Source: Akkermansia muciniphila (lineage in GTDB: Bacteria; Verrucomicrobiota; Verrucomicrobiia; Limisphaerales; UBA9464). From it: a stretch of 64,000 nucleotides of DNA. Every line of letters begins with the position of its first letter. Position 1 is the stretch's first letter. The position numbers and the translations under genes were made by a program. Under the pieces are notes generated by a model. That model saw only the letters and a program-made list of their open reading frames with translations, was not told the DNA's origin and searched no databases. Of this stretch, positions 48,290 to 56,785 are shown in pieces. The stretch spans positions 688-64,687 of the forward strand of contig CAMDJH010000002.1 of NCBI GenBank assembly GCA_945900455.1, in the 5' to 3' direction.

Positions 48290-49585
48290 ATGAGAATCCA
48301 TCATGGCGTTGCCACTTTGGTCGCAACCTCGCTCGCGGCATTGTCCGTCCAGGCCGACTGGCCCCAATTTCGCGGGCCGACACAAGACGGTCATGCGATC
48401 GGCCCCAGCGGCGGCCAGTCGGTTGGATTGCCGTTGAAATGGAGCGAGACGGAGAATGTGAAATGGAAAACGGCGCTCGATCCCCTCGGTTGGTCTTCGC
48501 CAGTCGTGATGCTTGGCCGCATCTGGCTGACCCGCGCCACACCGGATGGCAAAGACTTCTTCGTCATCTGCGTGGACGACGCCACCGGCAAGATCTTGCT
48601 GAATGAGAAACTGTTCCATTCGGATTCACCCGAGCCGCTCGGAAACAACGTCAATTGTTACGCGTCGCCATCGCCGGCGCTGGAAAAGGGCCGCGCGTAT
48701 GTTCATTTCGGCAGTTATGGAACCGCCTGCCTCGACAGTCAGACATTCAAAATCATCTGGAAACGGGAAGATCTGCCGTGCCGTCATTTCCGCGGGCCAG
48801 CTTCCTCGGTCGTGTTGCACCAGAATCTTTTGATCCTGACCATGGACGGGGTCGATCAGCAATATCTGACCGCCCTGAACAAGACCGACGGCAGGACGGT
48901 CTGGCGCACGGACCGGACGACGGATTGGGGGGATATCGGCGCGAATGGAAAGCCGGCGGGCGACGGGGATGCTCGCAAGGGATTTACGACGCCGCTCATC
49001 GTGGAACTGGCGGGCAAAACTCAGATGATCAGCGCGGGCTCGAAGGCCGCCTACAGCTATGATCCAAGGACGGGCAAAGAACTGTGGAAGATTCGTTATC
49101 CCGGACACACACCGTCAATGACATCGGTGGCCGGCCAGGGTTTGGTTTTCATTGCCACGGGCAATGGTCCCTCCGAACTCCTGGCAGTCCGACCGGATGG
49201 TTCCGGGGATGTGACCGACAGTCATGTGGTATGGAAAGCCAGTCGCGGTGTGCCCCGGATGCCCTCGCCAATTCTGACAAACAACCGGTTGTACCTCCCG
49301 GGTGACAATGGTGTTGTGGCCTGCCTTGAGGCCAGCACCGGGAAGGAGTTGTGGCAGGAGCGCATCGGGGGCACGCTCTACGCTTCGCCGGTGTTGGCGG
49401 ACGGTCGGATTTTCTGCTTTAACAGCACGGGCGAGACAACCGTGCTGAAGGAAGGTGACACTTTTGAGCTTCTGGCTCGCAACCAACTCGATGCCGGATT
49501 CATGGCATCGCCTGCGGTCTCCGGAAAAGCCTTCATTCTCCGTACGAAAACGCATCTCTACCGGATCGAGGATGGCGGGAAATAG
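48290..49585 (+). CDS. PQQ-like beta-propeller repeat protein, secreted (paralog of 10816-12096)
   Basis: Signal peptide followed by ADWPQFRGPTQDG. Same blade pattern as 10816-12096. Confidence 0.72.
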   Translation: MRIHHGVATLVATSLAALSVQADWPQFRGPTQDGHAIGPSGGQSVGLPLKWSETENVKWKTALDPLGWSSPVVMLGRIWLTRATPDGKDFFVICVDDATGKILLNEKLFHSDSPEPLGNNVNCYASPSPALEKGRAYVHFGSYGTACLDSQTFKIIWKREDLPCRHFRGPASSVVLHQNLLILTMDGVDQQYLTALNKTDGRTVWRTDRTTDWGDIGANGKPAGDGDARKGFTTPLIVELAGKTQMISAGSKAAYSYDPRTGKELWKIRYPGHTPSMTSVAGQGLVFIATGNGPSELLAVRPDGSGDVTDSHVVWKASRGVPRMPSPILTNNRLYLPGDNGVVACLEASTGKELWQERIGGTLYASPVLADGRIFCFNSTGETTVLKEGDTFELLARNQLDAGFMASPAVSGKAFILRTKTHLYRIEDGGK

Positions 49586-49692
49586 GGGTATTGACGTTCG
49601 CGTCGCCCCTTGGCAAGCCCGCTGCCATGGCCTATTCGAGCTGCCAATCGCTGCTTGAATGCTAATTCGCCACCCACACCGGAGGTTCCCGT

Positions 49693-51009
49693 ATGAAAGA
49701 TGAATTTTTTGAGAACCCCGATGCCGGGAAGAAGCAGCCAACCAAACCAATCAACCCGATGGCCAAGGCGGCGGAGCGATGCCGCCAACTCCTCACCGAG
49801 ACGCAGGTCTCCGCCGGCGGCCTGGGCTCGATCCTCAGCGACCTGCAAACGCTGATCGAGTTTATCGGAACCCGCGCCATCACTACCGGAAGCAACCGCG
49901 GAAACCTGCCGACCGCCGTGCTGCCCGAGCTGAACGCGCTGCTCAGTCAGCCGATACAATTGGAGCTCAAGCGTCCGCTCTTGAAGGACTATCCGAACAT
50001 CGCCGGCCTTTATGTGTTGCTGCGAGTGATGGACCTCGTGCGAGCGAATGAGAAACGAGTTTGGATAAACGACGAGGCCCTGGCTCGGTGGGTCAGGCTG
50101 CATCCGATCGAGCAGTATTTCACCCTGCTCGAAGCGTGGTTGGTCGACGCCGACGAGGAAGTGTTGGGAGGAGAGAGACGGCGGGGATTCGAACAGTTCT
50201 CGAGCAATCTTAGGTTCCTCGCGGACACGTTGTCCACCCGATGGAAGACCTTCAATGATGGCATCCACACGTGTGGATTTCTCGGTGGCGTCACGGCGTT
50301 GAACGCGCAGCTGCAGATCAGGTTTGGACTGATCGAAGTACAGCCGCTGGCCCTCGCCCAGCGGCGCTCCAGCACGCGGGGTTGGATCATGGGAAAGGCC
50401 CGGCGCACGCCCTGGGGCGAGGCGGTGGCTTGGGCGATCTTGGAGCTGCTTTGTTTGGACGAAGACTTCTGTTCTTATTATTATCAGTTGCCGGAAGACG
50501 CAGACTTTGGAGTTTTGCAACCCGCCTTTCAGCCGTATTTTCCCGAGTGGCAAAAAGTGTGGGCTGAGCCCGAGGTCGCAGCCCGTCCGGGTGTCTATGT
50601 TTTTAATGCCAGCCTGGATCCGCGCCGGCGCCGCGGCGAGGCATGGCACCGGCTGGCCGTGCCGCATGACGCCTCGCTGGACGAGTTGGCGATGGCGATT
50701 CTGGCAGCCTTCAAGTTCACGGACACCGACCATCTCTACGAATTTCGTTACCGGGACCAGCTCGGCAAGAGCCGGACCTACAACCATCCGTATTGCGATG
50801 ATGGACCTTACGGGCACGAGATCGGGGTCGGGGAAACCGCTTTGCCGGAGAAGGGGACCATGAAGTTTCTTTTTGATTTTGGCGACCGTTGGGATTTCAT
50901 TCTTCGGCTCGATCGGATCGATCCACCTATCAGGAGAATGAATCGTATCCAGTTGATCGACTCCGGCGGCCAGTCACCGGAGCAGTATCCAGAATCGAAC
51001 GAGCCGTAA
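49693..51009 (+). CDS. pRiA4b ORF-3-like (MM3350/PRiA4_ORF3) domain protein
   Basis: The C-terminal 150 aa carry the family pattern: L.VP.D.SL.EL...I..AF.F...HLYEF ... FLFDFGDRWDF.L.L..I. Confidence 0.65.
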   Translation: MKDEFFENPDAGKKQPTKPINPMAKAAERCRQLLTETQVSAGGLGSILSDLQTLIEFIGTRAITTGSNRGNLPTAVLPELNALLSQPIQLELKRPLLKDYPNIAGLYVLLRVMDLVRANEKRVWINDEALARWVRLHPIEQYFTLLEAWLVDADEEVLGGERRRGFEQFSSNLRFLADTLSTRWKTFNDGIHTCGFLGGVTALNAQLQIRFGLIEVQPLALAQRRSSTRGWIMGKARRTPWGEAVAWAILELLCLDEDFCSYYYQLPEDADFGVLQPAFQPYFPEWQKVWAEPEVAARPGVYVFNASLDPRRRRGEAWHRLAVPHDASLDELAMAILAAFKFTDTDHLYEFRYRDQLGKSRTYNHPYCDDGPYGHEIGVGETALPEKGTMKFLFDFGDRWDFILRLDRIDPPIRRMNRIQLIDSGGQSPEQYPESNEP

Positions 51010-51102
51010 CGGGAAGGCTTGAGACGGGGTTGTTTAGATTCCACTACATATCAGGAATTCCATTTATTGACGCTCCGCGATTTTCGTGAACGGAGTTTCC
51101 AC

Positions 51103-51276
51103 ATGGCATCCACGCGCTTCTATTCGGATCTGCCCACCCATACTGTTTCGATCGGTCAATTGATGGGTGACGAGACCCGTTTCGCCGCCATGCCGGCGGA
51201 CTGGCGGGTTATCCTCACCGACGTGCGCAAATCGACAACTCGGTCACCAATCCAGCCGAAACGGCGGTCAACGTGA
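51103..51276 (+). pseudogene. DUF3095-like gene, N-terminal fragment fused out of frame to direct-repeat copy B
   Basis: MASTRFYSDLP......MPADWRVILTDVRKST resembles the DUF3095 N-terminus (FY.DLP ... P.DW.v.vTDv.gST). Similarity stops where the duplicated 103 bp begins, and a stop follows 13 codons later. Confidence 0.42.
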
Positions 51277-51333
51277 CTTTCCCCGTCAACGTGTTGACCC
51301 ACGTTCGGGTCTGGACACGGTAACCGGTTGATT
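51219..51333 (+). repeat. Direct repeat, copy B (103-bp core 51231-51333)
   Basis: See 46512-46624. Confidence 0.85.
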
Positions 51334-51400
51334 AATTCCACCTCGAGTTCACGGACGGAACGCCAACCGATCAATCGAACTCCGAATCCAATTCTTTGTA

Positions 51401-51757
51401 CTATGGAGGCCACTGCCGAAACACAACACAAACACCTGTCTTATCCAACAGGGAGAATTCAAGAGCACCCCAGGGCCGCTTGGTGACACGAGGAAGATTC
51501 GGGTGTAATATGGCCGGCCGCCTGGTGGATATATCTTTGTATATTTCATCGATGTTGTCCGTCTCGATAGCGATCTCAGGTCGGTCCTTCGCCGCGTACT
51601 CCGGACTTTCGACCACGTATGCCTTTGCTCCGTCCCTGCCAACGACGGCCAACAACTCGTCTTGATAGAGAACCGTGAATCGGAGACAACCCACGAAGAG
51701 ATCGAGCCCTTCATCCATGCGATTAAAGAATATCTTTGGAACAAGTCGGATCATCAT
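51401..51757 (-). CDS. VOC (glyoxalase/bleomycin-resistance) family protein
   Basis: 118 aa. The C-terminal KRPWGALEFSLLDKTGVCVVF matches the PWG.REF...DP.GN motif region of bleomycin-resistance-like VOC proteins. Confidence 0.6.
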   Translation of the reverse strand: MMIRLVPKIFFNRMDEGLDLFVGCLRFTVLYQDELLAVVGRDGAKAYVVESPEYAAKDRPEIAIETDNIDEIYKDISTRRPAILHPNLPRVTKRPWGALEFSLLDKTGVCVVFRQWPP

Positions 51758-51979
51758 ATGTTTCCTGCGCTAAATGCCTATTCGCTGCAGCGCGGTAGCC
51801 GTCGCTGTCGAAAGGTGATTTGACGCCACCCGGCTGCCGCAACACGGTCGCAACGCAATGGAAGCCATCGCCATTCTCATTCTTGTGCGGATATGTGTGC
51901 ATCCGGTTGCCATTGCGTCCCTCTGCCTTCCGAGTTCGGCACCTTCGCTGGACCCTCCATAGGCGGCGGCGCGGGTACA

Positions 51980-52390
51980 TTACTCGTCATGAGGGATGCC
52001 CGGTCGGCGTTGCGCAATATGCCAAAGCACCCCAGATGGGTCGGTGACGTAGGCGATGCGTAAACCCCAAGGCTGTATCGCTGGTGGTTTTGGAGCGCGC
52101 ACCCCGAATTGTTCGGGCAGATTCAGTGAGGAAATATGCCCCCACCATACATCGAGATCATCGACCATCATCTGCATCATGCAGTTCTCTGCCCATTCTT
52201 TCTGGAAATGCTTTTGGAGAATCAGGCTGCTTGCTCCAAGTCGGAAGATCGCCACATCACCATCCAGGACTTTTGTGAAGCCGAGCGCCTCATAGAAGCG
52301 CTTGGACAATTCGAAGTCCTTTGTAGGAAGGAATGGCCGGGCAATCTCGGTGCCGTTTTGAACTTTCGTGTTCATAGATAACTTTCCCAC
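51980..52390 (-). CDS. VOC (glyoxalase) family protein
   Basis: PFLPTKDFELSKRFYEALGF ... QPWGLRIAYVTDPSGVLWHI is the classic VOC pattern. Confidence 0.65.
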   Translation of the reverse strand: MGKLSMNTKVQNGTEIARPFLPTKDFELSKRFYEALGFTKVLDGDVAIFRLGASSLILQKHFQKEWAENCMMQMMVDDLDVWWGHISSLNLPEQFGVRAPKPPAIQPWGLRIAYVTDPSGVLWHIAQRRPGIPHDE

Positions 52391-52517
52391 GCAGCCGCCT
52401 AGCGCTCCGGATCACCGATCCCGCTCCAATGGATCCAGACTTGAAAACGAGACGCGAATTCGGAGTTCGATGCATCCGGTTTGTTGAACGAAGCCGCTGC
52501 GTGGGAAGCTTCGCCGT

Positions 52518-52547
52518 AGAGAATAAAGGGACAGAGAATAAAGGGAC
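52518..52547. repeat. Exact 15-bp tandem duplication (2 copies)
   Basis: agagaataaagggac occurs twice, immediately 3' of the truncated OMP ORF. Confidence 0.8.
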
Positions 52548-52550
52548 AGG

Positions 52551-52913
52551 TCAATAGAGTTTTAAATTCGCCAGATCCATCTCCCATTGAAAGTGGCCCG
52601 CATCCACCGTGTAAGGGCTCTCTGTCTTGTCCGGGCGATCCGTGGACATCTCACGCATCCGCCCCACCGGAGTTGGGTTAAAAAGGTGGTAGCGGCTCTT
52701 GTCCTGCAGGGCGCTGACGCTCTCGTCGACCGCATCGGCCTCCGCCAACAGATTGGACGTCGTTACGGCAAGCAGGACAATGACCGCGGTCAAGCGGAGC
52801 ATCCAACTCATCGCAATGCGCACCGACTCCGCGGCCGACCGAGGAGCTTTTCGTCGGGGGTGCGCCCGGCGCTGGCGGGGCGCGGAATGATCACGCATCG
52901 GCTCTACTATCAC
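52551..52913 (-). pseudogene. MetA-pathway/phenol-degradation-type outer-membrane transporter, N-terminal fragment
   Basis: A signal peptide is followed by STDRPDKTESPYTVDAGHFQWE, the family N-terminal motif. The ORF stops after about 85 mature-side residues, whereas full-length proteins have about 300. Confidence 0.45.
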
Positions 52914-52925
52914 GTCTTATATTAA

Positions 52926-52942
52926 TATTGTAGCCTACAATA
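52926..52942. promoter_or_regulatory. Palindrome TATTGTAG-C-CTACAATA, candidate MntR/DtxR-type operator
   Basis: 8+8 inverted repeat in the 80-bp divergent region upstream of the MntR-like gene. Its half-site resembles the enterobacterial MntR box (ACATAGC). Confidence 0.38.
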
Positions 52943-52951
52943 CATTCTGAG

Positions 52952-52963
52952 TGACAATTGTCA
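52952..52963. promoter_or_regulatory. Perfect 12-bp palindrome TGACAATTGTCA
   Basis: Overlaps the GTG start region of the MntR-like ORF. It contains TTGACA on the minus strand, which is a possible -35 for the divergent gene. Confidence 0.3.
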
Positions 52964-52993
52964 ACCGGTTCCTTTTCCACTTAACTCCTTCTC

Positions 52994-53587
52994 GTGAAAG
53001 GCCAGCCCATCAACTCCTCCGAAGTTCGCTCAGCGAGCCCCTCGCCCGCTGCCGCGCGACGCCGCACCCGCGAGGAGCACTCCCAGGAGACGGCGCAAGA
53101 CTACGTGGAACTGATCGCGGCACTCATCGCGGAGACCGGCGAAGCTCGGGCGATCGACCTTGCTCGCCGCTTCGGCGTCACACACGTCACCGCGAGCCGC
53201 ACCGTCCAGCGCCTGCAGCGCGTCGGCTACGTCACCGCTCAACCGTACCGATCCATCTTCCTCACCGACGCCGGGCGCAAGCTCGCAATAGAATCCCGCC
53301 GCCGCCATGAGGTCGTCTTCGAATTTCTCAAATCACTCGGCATCCCTGAAACGGTGGCTCAATCCGACGCGGAAGGCATCGAGCACCACGTCAGCCCAGA
53401 GACCCTTGCCGCATTCCGGCAACACCTTGGTGGAGAGTTGGCAGGCAAGTCCGGCACGCTGACCTCGCGGGCTCTTCGGGGGCGTAGAGTAGGCGGAGCC
53501 GGCGGAAGAGTGGCATCAAGAGCCAATGACCGCCTAGGAACCGATTGGGCAAGTCCGATCAAGGCATCGACCCGTTTGCAGCAGTAA
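52994..53587 (+). CDS. mntR: DtxR/MntR family metal-dependent transcriptional regulator
   Basis: Winged-helix region EDYVELIAALIAETGEARAIDLARRFGVTHVTASRTVQRLQRVGYV, then the metal-site/dimerisation region RRRHEVVFEFL..LGI....A..DAEGIEHHVS. Confidence 0.75.
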   Translation: MKGQPINSSEVRSASPSPAAARRRTREEHSQETAQDYVELIAALIAETGEARAIDLARRFGVTHVTASRTVQRLQRVGYVTAQPYRSIFLTDAGRKLAIESRRRHEVVFEFLKSLGIPETVAQSDAEGIEHHVSPETLAAFRQHLGGELAGKSGTLTSRALRGRRVGGAGGRVASRANDRLGTDWASPIKASTRLQQ

Positions 53588-53772
53588 CGTGGGTGATTCT
53601 GGAACTCGTGAAGATTTTTGTCTTACGCCCCTCGCCGCCTCGTCACGCCACGAGTGATTGCGCTTCCGGCCGGGAAAGCGGATCATGGCGTCACGCCGTC
53701 ACGAGCGGCCACTCTTGCCAGCGCTTTCAGTCACCGTTAAGACATGATCGTCATCCTCGGGCTTTTGGGTCC

Positions 53773-55701
53773 ATGCCCATGAAATCTCTGTCGCCCCTGT
53801 TTCGCGTTGCCGCGTCGGCAGCATGCTGTGCCGTGTTCGGCGCCAGCGCTGCCGCGCCGGTCACCCCGTCCGCCAAAGTCGAGCCGTCGGCCGCCACAAC
53901 AACACCCGGTGTTGGCGAGTGGTCGCATGCGTATGTGTCCTACGGGCAGCCGCCCAAATACCCGCGGGGCTTCAAGTCCTTTGACTGGGTTAATCCGGAT
54001 GCACCCAAGGGAGGTACGGCTTTCCTCGGGAACCCCGACCGGCGCACCAGCTTCGACAAGTTCAACCCCTTCACGCTGAAGGGCAGCCCGCCCACCGGTG
54101 TGTCGATCCTGATGTTCGAGGCGCTGGCCGAGCGCTCCGGCGACGAGCCGGGCACGCTCTACGGTCTGATCGCGGAGGAAATGCGGGTCCCGTCGGACAA
54201 GTCGTCGATCACGTTCCGCATCCACCCCAAGGCGCGATTCTACAACGGCGATCCGGTCACTGCGGCCGACGTCAAGCACTCGTACGACCTGCTGACGAGC
54301 AAAGGCGCGGCACCGTCCATACGCGTCGCACTGGAAGGTGTTGCGGGTGGCACGGTGCTCGACGAGCGTACGATCCGCTTTGATTTGAAGGACCCGATCG
54401 ACGACACGATTTTCAACATTGCCACGTTGCCGGTTTTTTCGCGCAAGTGGGGCGTGGGTCCGGATGGCAAGCCGAAGCCCCTGGACCAGATCATCAGCGA
54501 GTATCCGATCACCACCGGGCCGTACACGATCGTGTCCACCGATTCGGGCCGGGGTATCGAATTCGCCCGCAACAAGGACTACTGGGCCAAGGATCTCCCC
54601 ATGCGCCGCGGCCAGTACAACTTCGATCGTATCGTCTACCGGCTCTACGCCGACCGTGCGATCAGCATGGAAGCCTTCAAGGCCGGCGAGTTCGACATCA
54701 TTCAGGAGTTCGTGCCGCAGCAGTGGGTACGGCAGCACGACGGCACGAAGTGGCGCGACGGCCGCATCAAAAAGAAGACATTCACCTATGGAATGGGCAA
54801 GGGAATGCAGGCGTACCTGCTCAACCTGCGCCGGCCAATCTTCCAGGACGTGCGCGTTCGCCAGTCGCTGGATTTAAGCTACGACTTCGAGAAGATCAAC
54901 CTGTACAATGAGCGGGTGCGCTCCTACAGCCTCTTCTCGAACTCGGACTTCGCGGCCGCGGGATTGCCGGGCCCGGGCGAGCTGAAACTTCTTGAGCCCT
55001 TCCGCGGTAAGGTGTCGGATGACGTCTTCGGCATGCCCTACACCCCCCCACGCACCGATACGAGTCCGAACGCGTTGCGCGACAACCTGAAGAAGGCACG
55101 CGCACTGCTCGAGGAGGCCGGTTGGAAGGTCGACAAAGAGGGCGTGTTGCGCAACTCCAAGGGCGAGCCCTTCATCTTCGAGTATCTCGAAACGCAGGGC
55201 GGCTCCCAGTTCCGTACCGTCACGTGGCAGCGCAATCTCAGGAAACTGGGCATCGAGATGAAGGCGCGAACGGTCGATTTCGCGCTGTATCGCAAACGCC
55301 TCGAAGCCTTCGACTTCGATACGATCACGATCCGCACGCCCGATTTCGCGCTCCCTTCGTCGATCGATTACATCGAATCGCTGGGCTCGAAATCGGCCGA
55401 CGTTGTGGGGTCGGGCAATTTCCGCGGCCTCAAGAATCCGGCGGTCGATGCCGTCCTGACCGCGATGGCTGACGCCAAGACCTACGACGACCTGCGCAAC
55501 GCCAGCCGTGCGCTGGACCGCCTGATCACTCACGGGCACTACCAGGTGCCGCAGCTCTATGCGCCGGGCTACTCGGTATCCTACTGGAACAAGTTCGGCA
55601 TCCCCGCCAAGCAGCCCAAGTACTACACGATCGATGAGAATGGGGACTGGCCGGTGTGGGCCGTCGGCAGTTGGTGGAGCAAGAGTGCGGAAGCCAATTG
55701 A
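53773..55701 (+). CDS. yejA: ABC transporter substrate-binding protein, family 5, YejA-like
   Basis: Signal peptide and about 640 aa SBP_bac_5 layout. It is the first gene of a yejABEF-type four-gene set. Start at ATG 53773. Confidence 0.65.
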   Translation: MPMKSLSPLFRVAASAACCAVFGASAAAPVTPSAKVEPSAATTTPGVGEWSHAYVSYGQPPKYPRGFKSFDWVNPDAPKGGTAFLGNPDRRTSFDKFNPFTLKGSPPTGVSILMFEALAERSGDEPGTLYGLIAEEMRVPSDKSSITFRIHPKARFYNGDPVTAADVKHSYDLLTSKGAAPSIRVALEGVAGGTVLDERTIRFDLKDPIDDTIFNIATLPVFSRKWGVGPDGKPKPLDQIISEYPITTGPYTIVSTDSGRGIEFARNKDYWAKDLPMRRGQYNFDRIVYRLYADRAISMEAFKAGEFDIIQEFVPQQWVRQHDGTKWRDGRIKKKTFTYGMGKGMQAYLLNLRRPIFQDVRVRQSLDLSYDFEKINLYNERVRSYSLFSNSDFAAAGLPGPGELKLLEPFRGKVSDDVFGMPYTPPRTDTSPNALRDNLKKARALLEEAGWKVDKEGVLRNSKGEPFIFEYLETQGGSQFRTVTWQRNLRKLGIEMKARTVDFALYRKRLEAFDFDTITIRTPDFALPSSIDYIESLGSKSADVVGSGNFRGLKNPAVDAVLTAMADAKTYDDLRNASRALDRLITHGHYQVPQLYAPGYSVSYWNKFGIPAKQPKYYTIDENGDWPVWAVGSWWSKSAEAN

Positions 55702-55744
55702 ACAGGATCCCCCCGATGAATGCGCGCGAGCGGAAGGCCGGACC

Positions 55745-56785
55745 ATGTTGAGCTACATTGGCAAGCGCCTGCTGCTGATGATCCCGACCCTCCTCGGCGT
55801 GCTCACGGTGGTGTTCGTGATCATCCAATTCGTGCCCGGTGGTCCCGTCGACCAACTGGTGGCCGAGATGCGTGCGGGTTCGCAGGGGGAAGGCGCGCGT
55901 TCCGGGTCGGCGGGACGGCGCGACCTCGATGCCAAGCAGATCGAGGAAATCAAGAAGCTCTACGGTTTCGACAAGCCGCCGCTGACCCGCTATTTGGAAA
56001 TGCTGGCCAATTTTGCGCGCTTCGACCTCGGCAAGAGCTTCATGCACAACAAGGATGTTTGGCAGCTGATCAAGGAAAAGCTGCCGGTGTCGATCAGCCT
56101 CGGATTGTGGACGTTCCTGCTCGCCTACATGGTCTCCATTCCGCTCGGCATCTCCAAGGCGGTGCGCGAAGGTTCGCGCTTCGACACGGTCACCACCGTG
56201 GTCGCGTTGCTAGGCTTCGCGTTGCCGGGCTTCGCGCTGGGCGTGCTGCTGATCGTTCTCTTCGCAGGGGGCACCTTCCTCGACTGGTTTCCGCTGCGCG
56301 GGCTCACCTCCGAGAACTGGGCCAGCTTGAGCTGGCCGGCACGCATCGTTGACTATTTCTGGCACCTCACGTTGCCGCTGCTCTGCTATGCAATCGGCAG
56401 CTTTGCGGTCGTCACCTTCCTCACCAAGAACACCTTCATTGAGGAAATTCGCAAGCAGTACGTGCTGGTGGCGCGTGCCAAGGGTCTCTCGGAACGTAGC
56501 GTGCTGTACAAGCACGTGTTCCGCAATGCGCTGATTCCGTTGGTGACCGGGTTGCCGGCGGCGTTCGTCGCCGCATTCTTTGCCGGATCGCTGCTGATCG
56601 AGACGTTGTTCTCGCTTGATGGGCTGGGCCTCTTAAGCTACGAATCGATTGTTCGCCGCGATTACCCCGTGGTGCTTGGGACGCTCTACCTTTTCACGTT
56701 GATCGGGCTGGTCGTCAAGCTGATCGCAGACCTGCTCTATGTCGTGGTCGACCCGCGGGTCCAGTTCGGCGCCGCAGGAAAATGA
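55745..56785 (+). CDS. yejB: ABC transporter permease, YejB-like
   Basis: N-terminus MLSYIGKRLLLMIPTLLGVLTVVFVIIQFVPGGP and an EAA-loop region (ARAKGLSERSVLYKHVFRNA). Confidence 0.7.
   Translation: MLSYIGKRLLLMIPTLLGVLTVVFVIIQFVPGGPVDQLVAEMRAGSQGEGARSGSAGRRDLDAKQIEEIKKLYGFDKPPLTRYLEMLANFARFDLGKSFMHNKDVWQLIKEKLPVSISLGLWTFLLAYMVSIPLGISKAVREGSRFDTVTTVVALLGFALPGFALGVLLIVLFAGGTFLDWFPLRGLTSENWASLSWPARIVDYFWHLTLPLLCYAIGSFAVVTFLTKNTFIEEIRKQYVLVARAKGLSERSVLYKHVFRNALIPLVTGLPAAFVAAFFAGSLLIETLFSLDGLGLLSYESIVRRDYPVVLGTLYLFTLIGLVVKLIADLLYVVVDPRVQFGAAGK

Noticed and set aside
49558-50817. A 419-aa minus-strand ORF. Similar long antisense ORFs occur at 13514-14464, 35257-36435, 53737-54738, 54874-55746, 60861-61625 and 45204-45665.
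   Set aside because: These are shadow ORFs, as is typical of high-GC DNA. They lie opposite genes with strong family signatures, are Arg/Pro/Gly-rich and low in complexity, and carry no recognisable motifs.
51723-51980. An 85-codon ORF between the two VOC genes. Its start overlaps the upstream stop as TAATG.
   Set aside because: I did not call it. The N-terminus is Arg-rich, there is no recognisable motif, and it overlaps the next gene's start by 35 nt. It could be real, but support is insufficient.
52518-52547. Tandem 15-bp repeat considered as a CRISPR or minisatellite array.
   Set aside because: There are only two exact adjacent copies with no spacers. No cas genes or other repeat-spacer arrays are present in the window.
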